The notes under the pieces were generated by a model. That model searched no databases. It was not told where the DNA came from and worked only from the letters and a program-made list of their open reading frames with translations. This document shows positions 63,501 through 64,000 of a stretch of DNA of 64,000 bases, one piece after another. The position numbers and the translations under genes were made by a program. This DNA comes from Fimbriosthenelais zetlandica. Taxonomy: Eukaryota. Within the stretch, counting starts at the first letter, position 1, and every line of letters begins with the position of its first letter. The stretch is taken from the NCBI GenBank assembly GCA_977030845.1, contig OZ365118.1, positions 21,080,001 to 21,144,000 of the forward strand. Direction: 5' to 3'.

Positions 63501-63888
63501 AGTCAGCAGCTGGGTCCATGGGTGGGCCATCGCCCTCCTCCTGACCCAGCATGTCCAGGGCCTGCTGCCCCTCACCCAGCATGTCCAGGGCCTGCTGGTC
63601 GTACCGCTGGTAGTCCTCATCCTCCTCACCTTGCCTCATCTCAGTACCATCAGCCAGCATGAAGGTGAGTTGTTTTTTGGTCGGGCCGGCGGAGCTCGAC
63701 CCCCTGCTCTGACTCGTCTCTGGTTTACTTGACCTGGCCGTGTTGGGGTGTTGGTTGTCGTCCTGGTTGTCGTCCTGGTTGTCGTCCTGGTTGTCGTCCT
63801 CCAGGGCTCCTCCAGCTATCAGACGCTTCACCTCGTCCAGGAAGTTACTGGTGTCAGATAGGACAGGAGGCCCGGACAGAACCTCATC
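57505..63888 (-). CDS. IQCM: IQ motif-containing protein M-like (5' end lies beyond the window); 10 exons visible, 872 aa
   Basis: Minus-strand exons 63888-62931, 62457-62238, 62027-61889, 61763-61702, 61316-61170, 60660-60540, 60271-60127, 59817-59683, 58950-58795, 58040-57505. Phases are all compatible (2619 nt). IQ motifs: AAVDIQRHMRGHLSRKR and AATIISKTVRGWLIRLK. The segment YFKDCDLYP...TFQLYPPRGSGV...STWLNPIVDGEE matches my recollection of the vertebrate IQCM C-terminus (FFSDCGHFP...LFTLYPPEG...STWLRPIVNGEE). Confidence 0.85.
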
Positions 63889-64000
63889 CTGAAAGATCAG
63901 TAAACTCTACATTTAATTTAATATCTTACCACAGGAAAATACGTCTATATTCGTATGAAATAGAAATCATTCTGTCATATCTCAAAGGACCAATTGGTGA

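Overview
AT-rich, intron-containing eukaryotic DNA, most likely from an invertebrate metazoan (inferred from gene content and compact GT-AG introns; the taxon cannot be fixed from the sequence). Exon chains were built by hand with splice phases checked. Family names come from remembered motifs, not database searches. Genes, left to right: (1) an MTUS1/MTUS2/CCDC69 (ATIP)-family coiled-coil gene (+), whose shared exons (22103-30670) can be fed in frame by at least two very different first exons, a transmembrane-anchored one (8566-9160) and a myristoylation-signal/SxIP one (14650-16294); (2) a complete 14-exon ETFDH (+, 34618-38841, 609 aa); (3) a BTB-BACK-Kelch gene with an uninterrupted CDS (+, 41904-43742); (4) an orphan single-exon ORF (+, 47355-48275); (5) a possible unannotated spliced transcript at about 48.8-52.3 kb; (6) the 3' part of an IQCM-like gene (-, 63888 to 57505). 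The 51-57 kb interval is a repeat nest with two MITE families, a tRNA-derived head and two minisatellites. Best leads: the switch of MTUS N-terminal anchors, a MITE whose TIRs carry RFX X-box motifs, a perfect 17-bp inverted repeat pairing an IQCM splice acceptor with the next exon, and a tandem acceptor at the Kelch gene that toggles a uORF against an N-terminal extension. No prokaryote-type system (CRISPR, operon) is present.
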